A stretch of 36,783 bases of DNA. It comes from a virus (lineage: Duplodnaviria > Caudoviricetes). The notes beneath the pieces are model-generated. The model saw nothing but the letters and a program-made list of their open reading frames with translations. It did no database searches and had not been told where the DNA came from. This document shows positions 18,439-27,490 of this stretch, one piece after another; the stretch's first letter is position 1, and each line of letters starts with the position of its first letter. The stretch spans positions 1 to 36,783 of the IMG/VR virus record IMGVR_UViG_3300034356_002097, one strand, 5' to 3'. A program made the translations under genes and the position numbers.

Positions 18439-19142
18439 TTCGACTAGACACCACCACGCGGACGTTGCAAGCCCTGCTATCAGGAGCGATAACGACCAAC
18501 CAGCTAAATGTCACAACGTCTTATTCTGACGCGAGTTCTAGCAGCTTCACGGGCGCTACGACTGTTATCAACACGAATAACACTACGGCGGTTACTTTGG
18601 CTGCGGCTCCGTCTGCGGGGTTGGTACGCACTATTGACTCGGTGACGGTTTACAACGCTGACACAGTTGCAGCGACGGTTACGGTTCGTTTCAACGACAA
18701 CGGCACAGTTTACCCGCTAGTTCGTACCACACTGCTAACAGGTGAGACGCTAGGCTATACGCACGGCTTTGGGTGGTTCTCGCTCGATGTGAACGGGAAC
18801 CGCAAACAAGTCACAGCTTCCATTTTCTCGGCAGTTACCACTGGTGCGCTGTCTGTTGGGTATATCACCAATACAGCAGCGACTTACGCATGGACAGCAA
18901 GTGACCACACGGTAAGACAGACAACGATTGCATCGGTTCACACGCTCCCGTCTGCTTCTGCCAATCCCAACAGGAAAATCCGCGTAGGCACTGAATTTGC
19001 CGGAACGGTAACTAGCGCATCTTCCAACGTCGTGCCTTTGGCGGGTGGTGCAGCGGGTACGGCTATCTTGTCTGCTGTGGCGGGGCGGTGGGCTGACCTT
19101 CAATCAAACGGAACCAACTGGATTATTACGGCGGCTAACTAA
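18435..19142 (+). CDS. Thr/Ser-rich tail/fibre protein
   Basis: Beta-rich; ends LQSNGTNWI; coupled ATGA. Confidence 0.65.
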   Translation: MIRLDTTTRTLQALLSGAITTNQLNVTTSYSDASSSSFTGATTVINTNNTTAVTLAAAPSAGLVRTIDSVTVYNADTVAATVTVRFNDNGTVYPLVRTTLLTGETLGYTHGFGWFSLDVNGNRKQVTASIFSAVTTGALSVGYITNTAATYAWTASDHTVRQTTIASVHTLPSASANPNRKIRVGTEFAGTVTSASSNVVPLAGGAAGTAILSAVAGRWADLQSNGTNWIITAAN

Positions 19143-20578
19143 TGAACAGATCACGCATCTCTCGCGCTATTTGCAACACCGGAGTTATCGGTTCGCATTA
19201 CCTCTACGCGGCAGCGATACTCGATCAGCTTTCAGCGCCGTCCGCAGCCGCCTACAGCTTGCGTAAACTACGCAATGCGTACACGGGCAACGCCATTCGG
19301 GTGCGCCGGTCGAGCGACAATGCCGAAGCGGACATTGGTTTTACGGCAAACGGTGATTTAGACACAACGGCGTTACTGGCGCACGTCGGATCGCAGAACC
19401 TTCTGCTGCGATCCCAGGAGTTTGAAAACGCGGCGTGGGAGGGGCTGGCAGGGTCAGCCGAAACCATTGCCGCAAACTCGGAAATAGCCCCCGATGGCAC
19501 ACTGACCGCAGAGAGATGCACAGTGCTGTCATCAACGTCTGGCAGATATCAAACCCTCACGCTCGCTGCGGCGGGGCAGATCACATGCTCGCTCTTTATC
19601 AAAGCCGGTTCAACTGGCACTTGGGCGCGTATCGGGTTTTTTGATACGGCAGTCGTCACCAACCAAGCCCGCTGCTGGGTGAATATGCTAACCGGCGCGA
19701 TTGGCACTGTTTCGACAGTAGGCTCTGGCTGGAGTAATGCAACGGCAAGTTCAACGCCTGTTGGCAATGGTTGGTATCGTATATCGCTCACCGCGACGTC
19801 AACGGCTACGGCAATATCTGTGATCAATACAGCCGCCGATGCGGATAATAGCACCAGCAGAACTATCGGACAAAACCGCATTATCTGGGGCGCGCAACTG
19901 AATACGGGTGCGACCGCACAGCCGTATTACGCAACAACGAACGTAGTCCGCACAACAGGCGACGGCTTTGTTACCACTTGGTATGACCAATCAGGCAATG
20001 GGCGCAATGCCACGCAGACCACGGCAGGACAGCAGCCGCGCATTGTTAGCAATGGTGTACTTGATATTTCCAACGGCAAACCCGCTATCAGATTTAACGG
20101 GTCAAATACGTTTTTCAGTGGTGTATCCCTTCCACTTTCTCAGCTTACCTTGTCATCTGTGTTGAATGACGTAACACAAGCAGGAGATATTCGCTATTCT
20201 ATTGGGACGGGCAGCGGCCTCCTAGGAAGGGGAATATTCAGCAGCTTTCAGTTCAGCTCAAACAAATCATTGGGATACATTCCAGACGCAGGGGTTCCGG
20301 TAGTGCAGACAGGCTTCTTACCAACAATAGGACAGTCTTATGTTGTGAGCTTAACCACGACTGCGACAGCATCAAGCATTTGGGCAAACGGTGGCAATAA
20401 TGCAACAGGTGGAATAATGACCCTGAACCAGCTTTTTATTGGTCAACGCGGTGACAATTTTTGGTATTACGATGGGTATAACTCAGAAACTATCGTATTC
20501 CCATCGGCACTCTCCACCACCGACCGCCAAACGCTTGAGCGTAATCAGGGCGGTTACTATACAATTTCAGTATCATGA
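19142..20578 (+). CDS. Receptor-binding/fibre protein, concanavalin/LamG-like with inserted carbohydrate-binding-like domain
   Basis: AAYSLRKL..AIRVRRSSDNAEADIGF, VTTWYDQSGNGRNATQ; insert NLLLRSQEF...IWGAQL. Confidence 0.7.
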   Translation: MNRSRISRAICNTGVIGSHYLYAAAILDQLSAPSAAAYSLRKLRNAYTGNAIRVRRSSDNAEADIGFTANGDLDTTALLAHVGSQNLLLRSQEFENAAWEGLAGSAETIAANSEIAPDGTLTAERCTVLSSTSGRYQTLTLAAAGQITCSLFIKAGSTGTWARIGFFDTAVVTNQARCWVNMLTGAIGTVSTVGSGWSNATASSTPVGNGWYRISLTATSTATAISVINTAADADNSTSRTIGQNRIIWGAQLNTGATAQPYYATTNVVRTTGDGFVTTWYDQSGNGRNATQTTAGQQPRIVSNGVLDISNGKPAIRFNGSNTFFSGVSLPLSQLTLSSVLNDVTQAGDIRYSIGTGSGLLGRGIFSSFQFSSNKSLGYIPDAGVPVVQTGFLPTIGQSYVVSLTTTATASSIWANGGNNATGGIMTLNQLFIGQRGDNFWYYDGYNSETIVFPSALSTTDRQTLERNQGGYYTISVS

Positions 20579-20598
20579 CTCAAAAATAAGGGACAGAC

Positions 20599-20919
20599 AT
20601 GAATAAATTTTTTATTACTACACCGGAAATTGCGAGTGCGCTTGAGATGGCGACTGGCATCAGCGCGGAGAAAGCTCGTCAGCAGGGGTGTGAAGGCGTC
20701 ACCTCATTTTGGTGGAGTGTTGTACGGCATCCGGACGGAGAGCAGGCCGCGCTGGAAATACATGACGCGCCGGAGGCAAGCGATATTGAAATCGGCGACC
20801 AATCGGCAGCGCCGAACATCGTGTATCAAAACGGCGACCTCGTTATCACGACCGACGATTTAGTCGACGAGCTGCCGGCGGATTGGCATACGGTTGATCC
20901 TAGTGCAGATGCACCATAG
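20599..20919 (+). CDS. Acidic hypothetical protein (possible fibre chaperone)
   Basis: AAGGGA RBS; follows fibre gene. Confidence 0.6.
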   Translation: MNKFFITTPEIASALEMATGISAEKARQQGCEGVTSFWWSVVRHPDGEQAALEIHDAPEASDIEIGDQSAAPNIVYQNGDLVITTDDLVDELPADWHTVDPSADAP

Positions 20920-21075
20920 GACGCCTCCCGCATGATTGAAATTAAAACTACCGGACTGGCGTCACGGTGGCAGACGGTCATCGCGCCATCGTTTATAGCG
21001 ATGGAACAAAAATTGTTCGCGTGACGGCTGATGTATAGTTATAATTGTTTGAGTTTTTTTTAATAGGGGACACGC

Positions 21076-21336
21076 ATGGACGGATTTTATTTAATTGCAG
21101 TTTTGCTAATCACGATCATTATTTTGGCGGTGATTTTTTTTGCTGATCGCGAAGACAAAAAAACTACGCTTAAAGGTGGGCCGGGCGAGGGCCCCGGCGG
21201 GCACCCGTTGAGCGGTCGTCAAACTGACATTACTCCCGGTGGCCCCGGCGAGGGGCCCGGCGGCCATCCGTTGAGCGGTCGTCAAACTAACATTACTCGC
21301 GGCGGCCCGGGCGAAGGCCCCGGCGGGCACCCTTGA
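21076..21336 (+). CDS. Membrane-anchored/secreted peptide precursor with 3 x GGPGEGPGGHP
   Basis: AGGGG RBS; about 20-aa hydrophobic N-terminus; 63-bp repeats at 21175-21333 with only synonymous changes in the core. Confidence 0.8.
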   Translation: MDGFYLIAVLLITIIILAVIFFADREDKKTTLKGGPGEGPGGHPLSGRQTDITPGGPGEGPGGHPLSGRQTNITRGGPGEGPGGHP

Positions 21337-21728
21337 AAAGTGTCGCAGCCGCGCTTGCTATAGGCGCGGTTTTTTTTAATTTTTCAGCGGAATGGGCGCT
21401 GCCAGGATTCAGCCCGTATGCAACTTGGTACATCCAGCAGAGCATTTGGGTAGCCATTTTGTGTGTGGTGGTGCGTTTGCTTATTGACTCATACCCGCGA
21501 TCCGCCGTGTGGGCGCTCGCGGCGACGGCGTGCTTTGTAGGCGCGTCTGAGGGGTTACAAAACGCGACATGCAGGCTGCTTGTCAACAATAGCAGCAGCA
21601 TACCGCGTGGCACGACCGTATGCGATTATGTGACCGGACTACCCATGCAGGCGACGTCGGTCACGCTGTACCTATTATTCTTTTTGTGGAGCGTCTACAA
21701 ATGCAGACCGAGCCGCAGGATTTTATAA
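21333..21728 (+). CDS. Multi-pass (about 4 TM) membrane protein with a Cys-containing loop
   Basis: TTG start overlapping TGA of the peptide gene; four hydrophobic stretches. Confidence 0.7.
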   Translation: MKSVAAALAIGAVFFNFSAEWALPGFSPYATWYIQQSIWVAILCVVVRLLIDSYPRSAVWALAATACFVGASEGLQNATCRLLVNNSSSIPRGTTVCDYVTGLPMQATSVTLYLLFFLWSVYKCRPSRRIL

Positions 21729-22087
21729 CCGTCGTCGTTGCCATATTGGCGCTGGTGACGAGTAAGGAACTGGCCGGGCTTGTCGGCCCATACGCCGGGA
21801 TCGCGGCCTGCGCGTGCGCTGGCGCAGCCGTCTCTCTGTCCGGCAATGACGAGTCGATGACGGTGCCTCAGGCGCTTGGCTATGTGTTGTTGCGCGTCTT
21901 GCTCGCGACCATCCTCACGGTAGGACTCGCCGAGCTATTGCAGCACGTCATGCCGGCCATTAAACCGCGCTATTCGCTCATTCCGCTGGCGTTCGGTATC
22001 GGTTGGATTCGGGACTACTCTAGCCTGCGTTCGTGGCTCGGCGACACCATACAAACCATAATCTCACGCCGGGTGGATCGACCATGA
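21701..22087 (+). CDS. Putative holin
   Basis: GGAG RBS and ATG 21701; multiple TM segments, charged C-terminus; lysis position. Confidence 0.6.
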   Translation: MQTEPQDFITVVVAILALVTSKELAGLVGPYAGIAACACAGAAVSLSGNDESMTVPQALGYVLLRVLLATILTVGLAELLQHVMPAIKPRYSLIPLAFGIGWIRDYSSLRSWLGDTIQTIISRRVDRP

Positions 22088-22380
22088 CTCAGGAGCTGCT
22101 CACTGCGGTCAATTTTTTTATATGCTCCCTCGGCGGATTTTGTTGTATTTGCCGCTTGCGAATTATGGGCACGTCAACAAAAAAACCAATCCGATTTCAA
22201 TACGCGATATGGTTTGCGGTGTTTTTTTATTCGGCCTTTAGTTGGACGTATGGCGACCACCCAACCGGGATCCAAATCGTGCTAGGCGCTGCTGTGCTCG
22301 CGCATATTTTGCTTGGGTTTAGCGCGTGGCGCGACGGCCTGCCCAAGTATGCAAAAAAAGAGGAGTTGAAATGGAATTAG
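22084..22380 (+). CDS. Putative second holin/antiholin (3 TM)
   Basis: ATGA coupling; three hydrophobic segments, basic tail; precedes endolysin. Confidence 0.55.
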   Translation: MTQELLTAVNFFICSLGGFCCICRLRIMGTSTKKPIRFQYAIWFAVFFYSAFSWTYGDHPTGIQIVLGAAVLAHILLGFSAWRDGLPKYAKKEELKWN

Positions 22381-22829
22381 AATTAAGACGCCGCTCGTCA
22401 TCGGAGACCTGCACCGTCGGAGAGTTGTTTGTAGACGGGCATTTTGAGTGCTACATACTAGAGGACGTGGTGCGAGAGATTGAGGGCGTTTCGGTCGCCG
22501 ATTGGAAAACGCACGGCGCGACGGCCATACCTGTAGGCACCTATCAAATCACCCTCACACAGTCCCCGCGTTTTAAGCGCGTTTTGCCATTGCTCAATCG
22601 CGTCCCCGGTTTTAGTGGCGTCCGCATCCACCCGGGCAACGATGCCGATGACACCGAGGGGTGTTTGCTGCCTGGCTTGACCGTTGACGACGACGGCGAG
22701 GGTGTTGCGTATTCTCGCGCTGCGTTTGATCGATTGTTTGACAAACTCACGCGGGCGGACGCGATAGGTCAACCGATTTTTATCACAATCGAAAACAGTT
22801 CCACGACCGACGACGAGGCTGTCGCGTGA
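22371..22829 (+). CDS. DUF5675-like putative endolysin (L,D-transpeptidase-like fold)
   Basis: T.GEL..CYILED, TAIP.G.Y, GVRIHPGN..DTEGCLLPG; GAGGAG RBS; between holins and spanins. Confidence 0.75.
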   Translation: MELELRRRSSSETCTVGELFVDGHFECYILEDVVREIEGVSVADWKTHGATAIPVGTYQITLTQSPRFKRVLPLLNRVPGFSGVRIHPGNDADDTEGCLLPGLTVDDDGEGVAYSRAAFDRLFDKLTRADAIGQPIFITIENSSTTDDEAVA

Positions 22830-23395
22830 TCTCCGCGCTCCGCATGTGGCTCGATGTTGTGCTGCCGTTTTGGCGCATCGCTGCGGCATTGGCCGCCGTC
22901 GCCGCGCTCGCTGGTGCGGTGTGGTGGGTGCGCGATACTGGAGTGCAGGCAGAGCGCGCCCGCTGGCAAATTAAAATGAGCAAATCAGACGCGCACTGGC
23001 AGGCTCAATTAGACGCTGCCAATGCGTCAAACCGCTCGAGCGAGCGGCGCAGCGCCCAAGCAATTGCAAACGTGTCAACCAATTATCAACGCGAGATTAA
23101 AAATGTCGATGAGAAAAAAAATTATGATCGTAGCAGTGTGCGGCGCGGCAGCCTCCGGCTGTTCGACCGTCCCGATGACGCCACTGAGCAAAACGATTGT
23201 CGAGCGCTGTCCGCAACCAGTGACCCTACCGCCTCCACCCTCGGACGTGATGGTAGAGAGGCAACCGAACTTTCGCGAGCGACTGCTGAAAATCTTTTTG
23301 ACCTCGTCAACGACGCCGACGCCGTCGTCGCACAACTGGCAGCCGCGCAGTCCGTGATTTTGGAATATCAAAAATTATGTGGCTCCGGCTTGTGA
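22826..23395 (+). CDS. Rz: i-spanin (Rz-like)
   Basis: N-terminal TM, coiled coil, VRRGSLRL, DADAVVAQL..Q. Confidence 0.8.
   Translation: MISALRMWLDVVLPFWRIAAALAAVAALAGAVWWVRDTGVQAERARWQIKMSKSDAHWQAQLDAANASNRSSERRSAQAIANVSTNYQREIKNVDEKKNYDRSSVRRGSLRLFDRPDDATEQNDCRALSATSDPTASTLGRDGREATELSRATAENLFDLVNDADAVVAQLAAAQSVILEYQKLCGSGL
23109..23357 (+). CDS. Rz1: o-spanin lipoprotein (Rz1-like) embedded in Rz
   Basis: +1 frame; MRKKIMIVAVCGAAASGC lipobox; Pro-rich mature part. Confidence 0.75.
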   Translation: MRKKIMIVAVCGAAASGCSTVPMTPLSKTIVERCPQPVTLPPPPSDVMVERQPNFRERLLKIFLTSSTTPTPSSHNWQPRSP

Positions 23396-23635
23396 TCAGT
23401 CATCGCAGACCGCCCTCCGCGCTTTAAGCTGCCATTGCTGGCAGCGCGTAGGCGCTGCGCTTATCGCCACCATCGCGCCTCGTGCATAGGCCGATTCGGC
23501 CCGCCTGTCTGCGGCTGCGTCAATCTCCGGGACTACAAAAAAATAAAATGTCATTGAGGCTATGGCCGCGCCAAGCGCACAAAAAATCGTGAGGAGCGCG
23601 AGCGCAAAAATTGTGCGTTTATTGTGGTTTTTCAC
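23396..23635 (-). CDS. Small single-TM hypothetical protein
   Basis: Coupled to upstream gene; hydrophobic N-terminus. Confidence 0.55.
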   Translation of the reverse strand: MKNHNKRTIFALALLTIFCALGAAIASMTFYFFVVPEIDAAADRRAESAYARGAMVAISAAPTRCQQWQLKARRAVCDD

Positions 23636-23838
23636 AATTTCTGTAACCTCATTTTGACAATTTTTATTTTTTTGTTTGCGATTTTGGTTTTGATTAAACC
23701 GATCTCGCGTTCAGTGTCGAAAATTTTTGTCTGCACTCGCCGCATCTCGCTCGCGTAGTCGGCAAGCAGGCGCGTATACGATGCGCGGTGACACTGTTCG
23801 CGCCATTGCAAAAACGTCAAATATATTTTTGTAATCAT
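23632..23838 (-). CDS. Small basic coiled-coil hypothetical protein
   Basis: GAGG RBS; operon context. Confidence 0.55.
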   Translation of the reverse strand: MITKIYLTFLQWREQCHRASYTRLLADYASEMRRVQTKIFDTEREIGLIKTKIANKKIKIVKMRLQKL

Positions 23839-23862
23839 TTAGTCACCTCGTCAAGTTTGTCA

Positions 23863-24096
23863 TCATATCCCCCACACGCGCTCTGCCGAATATTTCAGCT
23901 TTGGGTGCGCTCTGCGCCCATCTTCCGGCCTGTTCCCTGCGCGAATATAGACGCCCTTTGATAAGCGTTTAAGGCATCCGTCCTGCGTCATTAGGCATAG
24001 GTTTTTCTTCAAATCTCGGTACTCCATCAAGTGTTTAAGGTCGGCCATCTCGGTGCGGTGTTCGCACGCGTCCCAAATTTGTTGCGCGTAGGTCAT
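23863..24096 (-). CDS. Small hypothetical protein, possible winged helix
   Basis: L..MTQDG.LKRLSKGVY pattern; ATGA coupling. Confidence 0.55.
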   Translation of the reverse strand: MTYAQQIWDACEHRTEMADLKHLMEYRDLKKNLCLMTQDGCLKRLSKGVYIRAGNRPEDGRRAHPKLKYSAERVWGI

Positions 24097-25727
24097 GCGG
24101 CTTGGTCGCCGCTGATTGATTCAATAAATGCAAAAACTTCCTTTAGCTGCGGGAGCGATAGAGTTTGTAATTCGCTGTTGATCGCTGCAACTAGACGCTC
24201 TCGCGCACCCGGCATCGGCGGCGCTACGGTCGTAACCGGCACCACCGCGGCAACTGTCGTAATCGGTGCCACTGGCGTTACCAGTGGCACAACCATCGGC
24301 TCCGGCGCTTTTGCTTGTGCCTCGGCTTGGGCTTTGACTTCGGCAGCGATCCGCGTACGCTCGGCTTCGTCGGCCAGTCGTTTCGCTTCGGCTGCGATCT
24401 TCGCGGCTTGCTCCTGCTGGTGTTTGGAAATGCGCGATCCGATGACGGCGATTAGGTCGTCATTCGCTTTCAACACCAAGTCTTTGATGTCACCGGCAAA
24501 CAGCGTTTGATATCCGTCCGCCAACTCTTTGAGCGTGAGTAGGTTCTTCTCGATGCGGTTGGCAATCCTGTCAGCTTCGATCTTCGCCCTGGCGACTTCA
24601 TCATTCACGGCGCTGTTCATGCTGTCCAAGTTCCGCTTGGCCTTGGTGACGCCGGCAAAGTCGGTATTGATCTGCGGCATGTACGGCTTGCCGATACGCG
24701 CCTCAAGTGCTGCGATGTGTGCGGCGACTTCACGCGGTCCACGGTCGCGGATTTCTTGCTTGATCTGCGATTCCTTGGCCGTCACCAACCGGTCCAGCGT
24801 GAGGCGCTTCTGGCGTACCTGTTCCTTTACGTGGTCGACCGCGCGCATGATTTCGTCAACGCTTGTCATCTGGCTCAACACCATCTTCCTGGTGAGTTCC
24901 AGCTGGTCCTCGGCTTCCTGGCAAAACTTGACCATGCCTTTGGCGTTCGCAAAATCCTCGTCGGTCTTTAGGTCGGTGTTGATGCTGTCGATCAGGGCGA
25001 AGGCGCTTTCCTGGTAAACAACCAGGTTCGAGGCTTCGACCTTGCCGAACACTTCAACGACCAGCGCCGGCAGTTTCTTGATGGGCTCGGCCACAACTTC
25101 GACCGCTGGCGCGGCGGGTTTGTATGCGGCGACGTCTTTGAGAAACTGTTTCCAGCCAGCGACCAATTCGGCGAAACGCTCGGGGCTTGATTCGTACCAG
25201 GTGTGAAACGCCGTGTCCTCGGTGCCGTTGGACGCCATGAACAGAATGCGATTCGCACCCGTGACGAGTAGCTGCTGGTCTAGCTGCCAGCGATGCGAGA
25301 CGGGCACTTCTCCGGCCGCAAATGACGCGCGAAGGTCTTTGTTCAGGCTCTTGTGTTCCCAGCCGGTTTCTTCGCCCATCGTCAGCCCGTCCTGCGATGC
25401 TGATAGCGGGAGGCTGTCCGCCTCACAGGACATCACGACGGGGTACAGGTCGTCGCCGATGATCCTCTCGGCGATGACACGCGCGCTGGCTTCGTAGTCG
25501 TGACCAGCGTCGAACAAGGATTGAAGGTGCGCGGAGACTTCTTTTGTTTCGCCGGTTGCGTATTCCGCAATGAGTTGGTCCCGCGTCTTGTAGGGCGATA
25601 CGCCCATCATCGCCGGGGCGTCGCTGGCGTTGAGTCGGCGAATGCCGTTGATGACGGCATTGCGGTAGGCGTGCCATTCAGGTGAGCCCTGAACAAGATT
25701 GTGTGTTTGTCTGTTGGTGATGTTCAA
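24093..25727 (-). CDS. YqaJ/lambda-exonuclease family recombination nuclease with long helical C-terminus
   Basis: QGSPEW..R, ASDAPAMMGVSPYKT, GHDYE, SASQDG, WEHK, WQLDQQLLV; probable TTG start 25727. Confidence 0.88.
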   Translation of the reverse strand: MNITNRQTHNLVQGSPEWHAYRNAVINGIRRLNASDAPAMMGVSPYKTRDQLIAEYATGETKEVSAHLQSLFDAGHDYEASARVIAERIIGDDLYPVVMSCEADSLPLSASQDGLTMGEETGWEHKSLNKDLRASFAAGEVPVSHRWQLDQQLLVTGANRILFMASNGTEDTAFHTWYESSPERFAELVAGWKQFLKDVAAYKPAAPAVEVVAEPIKKLPALVVEVFGKVEASNLVVYQESAFALIDSINTDLKTDEDFANAKGMVKFCQEAEDQLELTRKMVLSQMTSVDEIMRAVDHVKEQVRQKRLTLDRLVTAKESQIKQEIRDRGPREVAAHIAALEARIGKPYMPQINTDFAGVTKAKRNLDSMNSAVNDEVARAKIEADRIANRIEKNLLTLKELADGYQTLFAGDIKDLVLKANDDLIAVIGSRISKHQQEQAAKIAAEAKRLADEAERTRIAAEVKAQAEAQAKAPEPMVVPLVTPVAPITTVAAVVPVTTVAPPMPGARERLVAAINSELQTLSLPQLKEVFAFIESISGDQAA

Positions 25728-25728
25728 A

Positions 25729-26907
25729 TTAATCTCCCATTGGGTTGGCAATGTATTTCAAAACGTCATCGACCATGGATTCGAGCGTTTGCTCAATGGA
25801 TTTCACGTCGAACTTCTTGAGGATGTCGGCCTCGTTGATTGCTGCCGCTGCCGCGTGTTCTCGGATCACGGCAACCTGTTCGGTGCTGGCGACTTGGCCG
25901 ACCGGTGCCGCCAAATCGTTGATGCGTTGCTTTTGTGGTGCCGTGAGTGGTGCCTTTGTCTCGGCGGTGGTGATAATCTCGGCTGGGGTTTTATTTTTCT
26001 TCTCGATCAGCTTTGCCCAGTTGGGTAGCGCCTTATCAAAATCGGCGTCCGTCCAGGCAGGTTTGCCAGTGTCGGCGTCTTTTCGCGCGGCTTCGGCCCT
26101 GTTGTCAATGACTGATTGCCAGGTGGCTTCGCCCTGACTGATCGCGCCGTAGATGCCGCGCAGGTTTACAATCTCGGCGGGCGAGCATGTGTCGATCGAA
26201 TGGTTGAGATAAGTCGTGAGGTCGCTTGCGCGGACGCCAATCTCGCCGAATGCGTCAATGATCTTCTTGCGCTCTGCCGCTGGGTCCTTGGCGGCTTCGT
26301 CGGCGCGGATTCGCTTGATCATCGCCACGGCTTCGTCCTGGATGTCGCCGGGAATCAATCGCAGCGCGAGGGTGCGCTGGGCCTTGGAAATCAGGGCGGA
26401 CCGCTTGTTCAGCATTTCGTCCTCGGTCGCCGGTACGGTGTAGACCGCCTTGTTCCAACTGTTTTTCCGCACGCTGATGTAGCTACCATCCGAGAGTGGC
26501 TTGGACCGCTCCACCGACTTCGCAATCAAAATGTCGGAGTCGTAGGCGAGTGTGCTTTCCAAGTCCTCGACGGTGACGCGGATAATTTCTTTCTCCGAGT
26601 CCTCGAACAGTACGGCGGTGCGAACCTGAATGTTCTTCATGCAGCGCAGCGCGACTTCGGTAAACCGGATGCCAAGCCCTTCAACGCCTTCGCCAATCGG
26701 CTTGATGTAGAAGGCGCTCTTGTTGTGGGCGAATGATGGGCGCCGACACTCCATCATTACGTCTTGCCGTACTTGGTCCCAGTTGCGCGGGTTCCGTAGC
26801 GCAATGACATAGCGCGCCTCGGCCAGGGCCTTTGCTTGTGCCGACATTGCTGTTGATGCCGTTTCGGCACCGAGTGCCATTTGTTGATTTACAACGATAT
26901 CGTTCAT
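25729..26907 (-). CDS. Putative single-strand annealing protein (recombinase partner of the exonuclease)
   Basis: Directly upstream of the exonuclease; AGGA RBS, ATG 26907; family not identified. Confidence 0.55.
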   Translation of the reverse strand: MNDIVVNQQMALGAETASTAMSAQAKALAEARYVIALRNPRNWDQVRQDVMMECRRPSFAHNKSAFYIKPIGEGVEGLGIRFTEVALRCMKNIQVRTAVLFEDSEKEIIRVTVEDLESTLAYDSDILIAKSVERSKPLSDGSYISVRKNSWNKAVYTVPATEDEMLNKRSALISKAQRTLALRLIPGDIQDEAVAMIKRIRADEAAKDPAAERKKIIDAFGEIGVRASDLTTYLNHSIDTCSPAEIVNLRGIYGAISQGEATWQSVIDNRAEAARKDADTGKPAWTDADFDKALPNWAKLIEKKNKTPAEIITTAETKAPLTAPQKQRINDLAAPVGQVASTEQVAVIREHAAAAAINEADILKKFDVKSIEQTLESMVDDVLKYIANPMGD

Positions 26908-26991
26908 GTGTTTTTTCCTTGAATCTGTAATTCTTCTCGCGCCGGCGGTTGCTCGCGCCAATCCAAAAATGTCAAATCATAAGATGATTGC

Positions 26992-27177
26992 TTAATTGTC
27001 AGTATCCTCCTCGTCCAGCAAATCACGAACGGCGGCAGAGTACACGCTCAAATACTCGGTGACCTCGTATTTGATGTCGAGCGCGCCAGCTCTGATCGAC
27101 TCGCGGATCACGTCAACAGTCCGTCCGTGCAGCGCGTTGATTTGGTCAAAAAATTTAACACGGTCGTGCGAAGTCAT
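26992..27177 (-). CDS. Small hypothetical protein (MTSHDRVKFF...)
   Basis: GGGAGG RBS; first gene of leftward operon. Confidence 0.6.
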   Translation of the reverse strand: MTSHDRVKFFDQINALHGRTVDVIRESIRAGALDIKYEVTEYLSVYSAAVRDLLDEEDTDN

Positions 27178-27375
27178 TTGTCGCCGCCTCCCTATAAAAA
27201 AATTTTGTGCTGTGCAATTTTGCTGCTGGTCGCGCTTGCTTTCTCCGCAGATTCGCCAGATCGGTGGCCCCGTAGGGTTTCGCTCACGCCGCACCGTCGC
27301 GCTGTCCCCGCGCTCGCTCGCCTATTGGCCACACTCCTGCGGGGAGCCGATGCAATACTGTGCATCGACAACAAC

Positions 27376-27405
27376 ACTATAATCCAACGCGTCGCCGATT
27401 GTCAA
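27376..27405 (-). promoter_or_regulatory. Leftward sigma70 promoter (PL-like)
   Basis: TTGACA-N18-TATAGT. Confidence 0.7.
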
Positions 27406-27430
27406 CAATTTTTTATAGAGTTTTTGAGCG

Positions 27431-27459
27431 TTGACAAAATCGCAGCGCGAGCGTAAAAT
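27431..27459 (+). promoter_or_regulatory. Rightward sigma70 promoter (PR-like)
   Basis: TTGACA-N17-TAAAAT upstream of the Cro-like gene. Confidence 0.75.
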
Positions 27460-27490
27460 ACGGTCAACACAATAACCTGAGCAAAAAAAA

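Noticed and set aside
20932-21024. 30-aa ORF MIEIKTTG... upstream of the peptide gene
   Set aside because: Short, with no recognisable motif; cannot be told apart from chance or a remnant.
21076-21336. Lasso peptide or collagen-like protein
   Set aside because: Glu is at core position 5 (lasso rings need 7-9) and no cyclase or peptidase is present; the Gly-X-Y register is not sustained.
23390-23400. Terminator between the convergent late and recombination operons
   Set aside because: The stop codons abut (TGATCA) with no intergenic hairpin visible.
27240-27350. HDV-like ribozyme suggested by GGCGAAT followed by a pairing strand
   Set aside because: Could not build P1, P3 or L3 in the required order.
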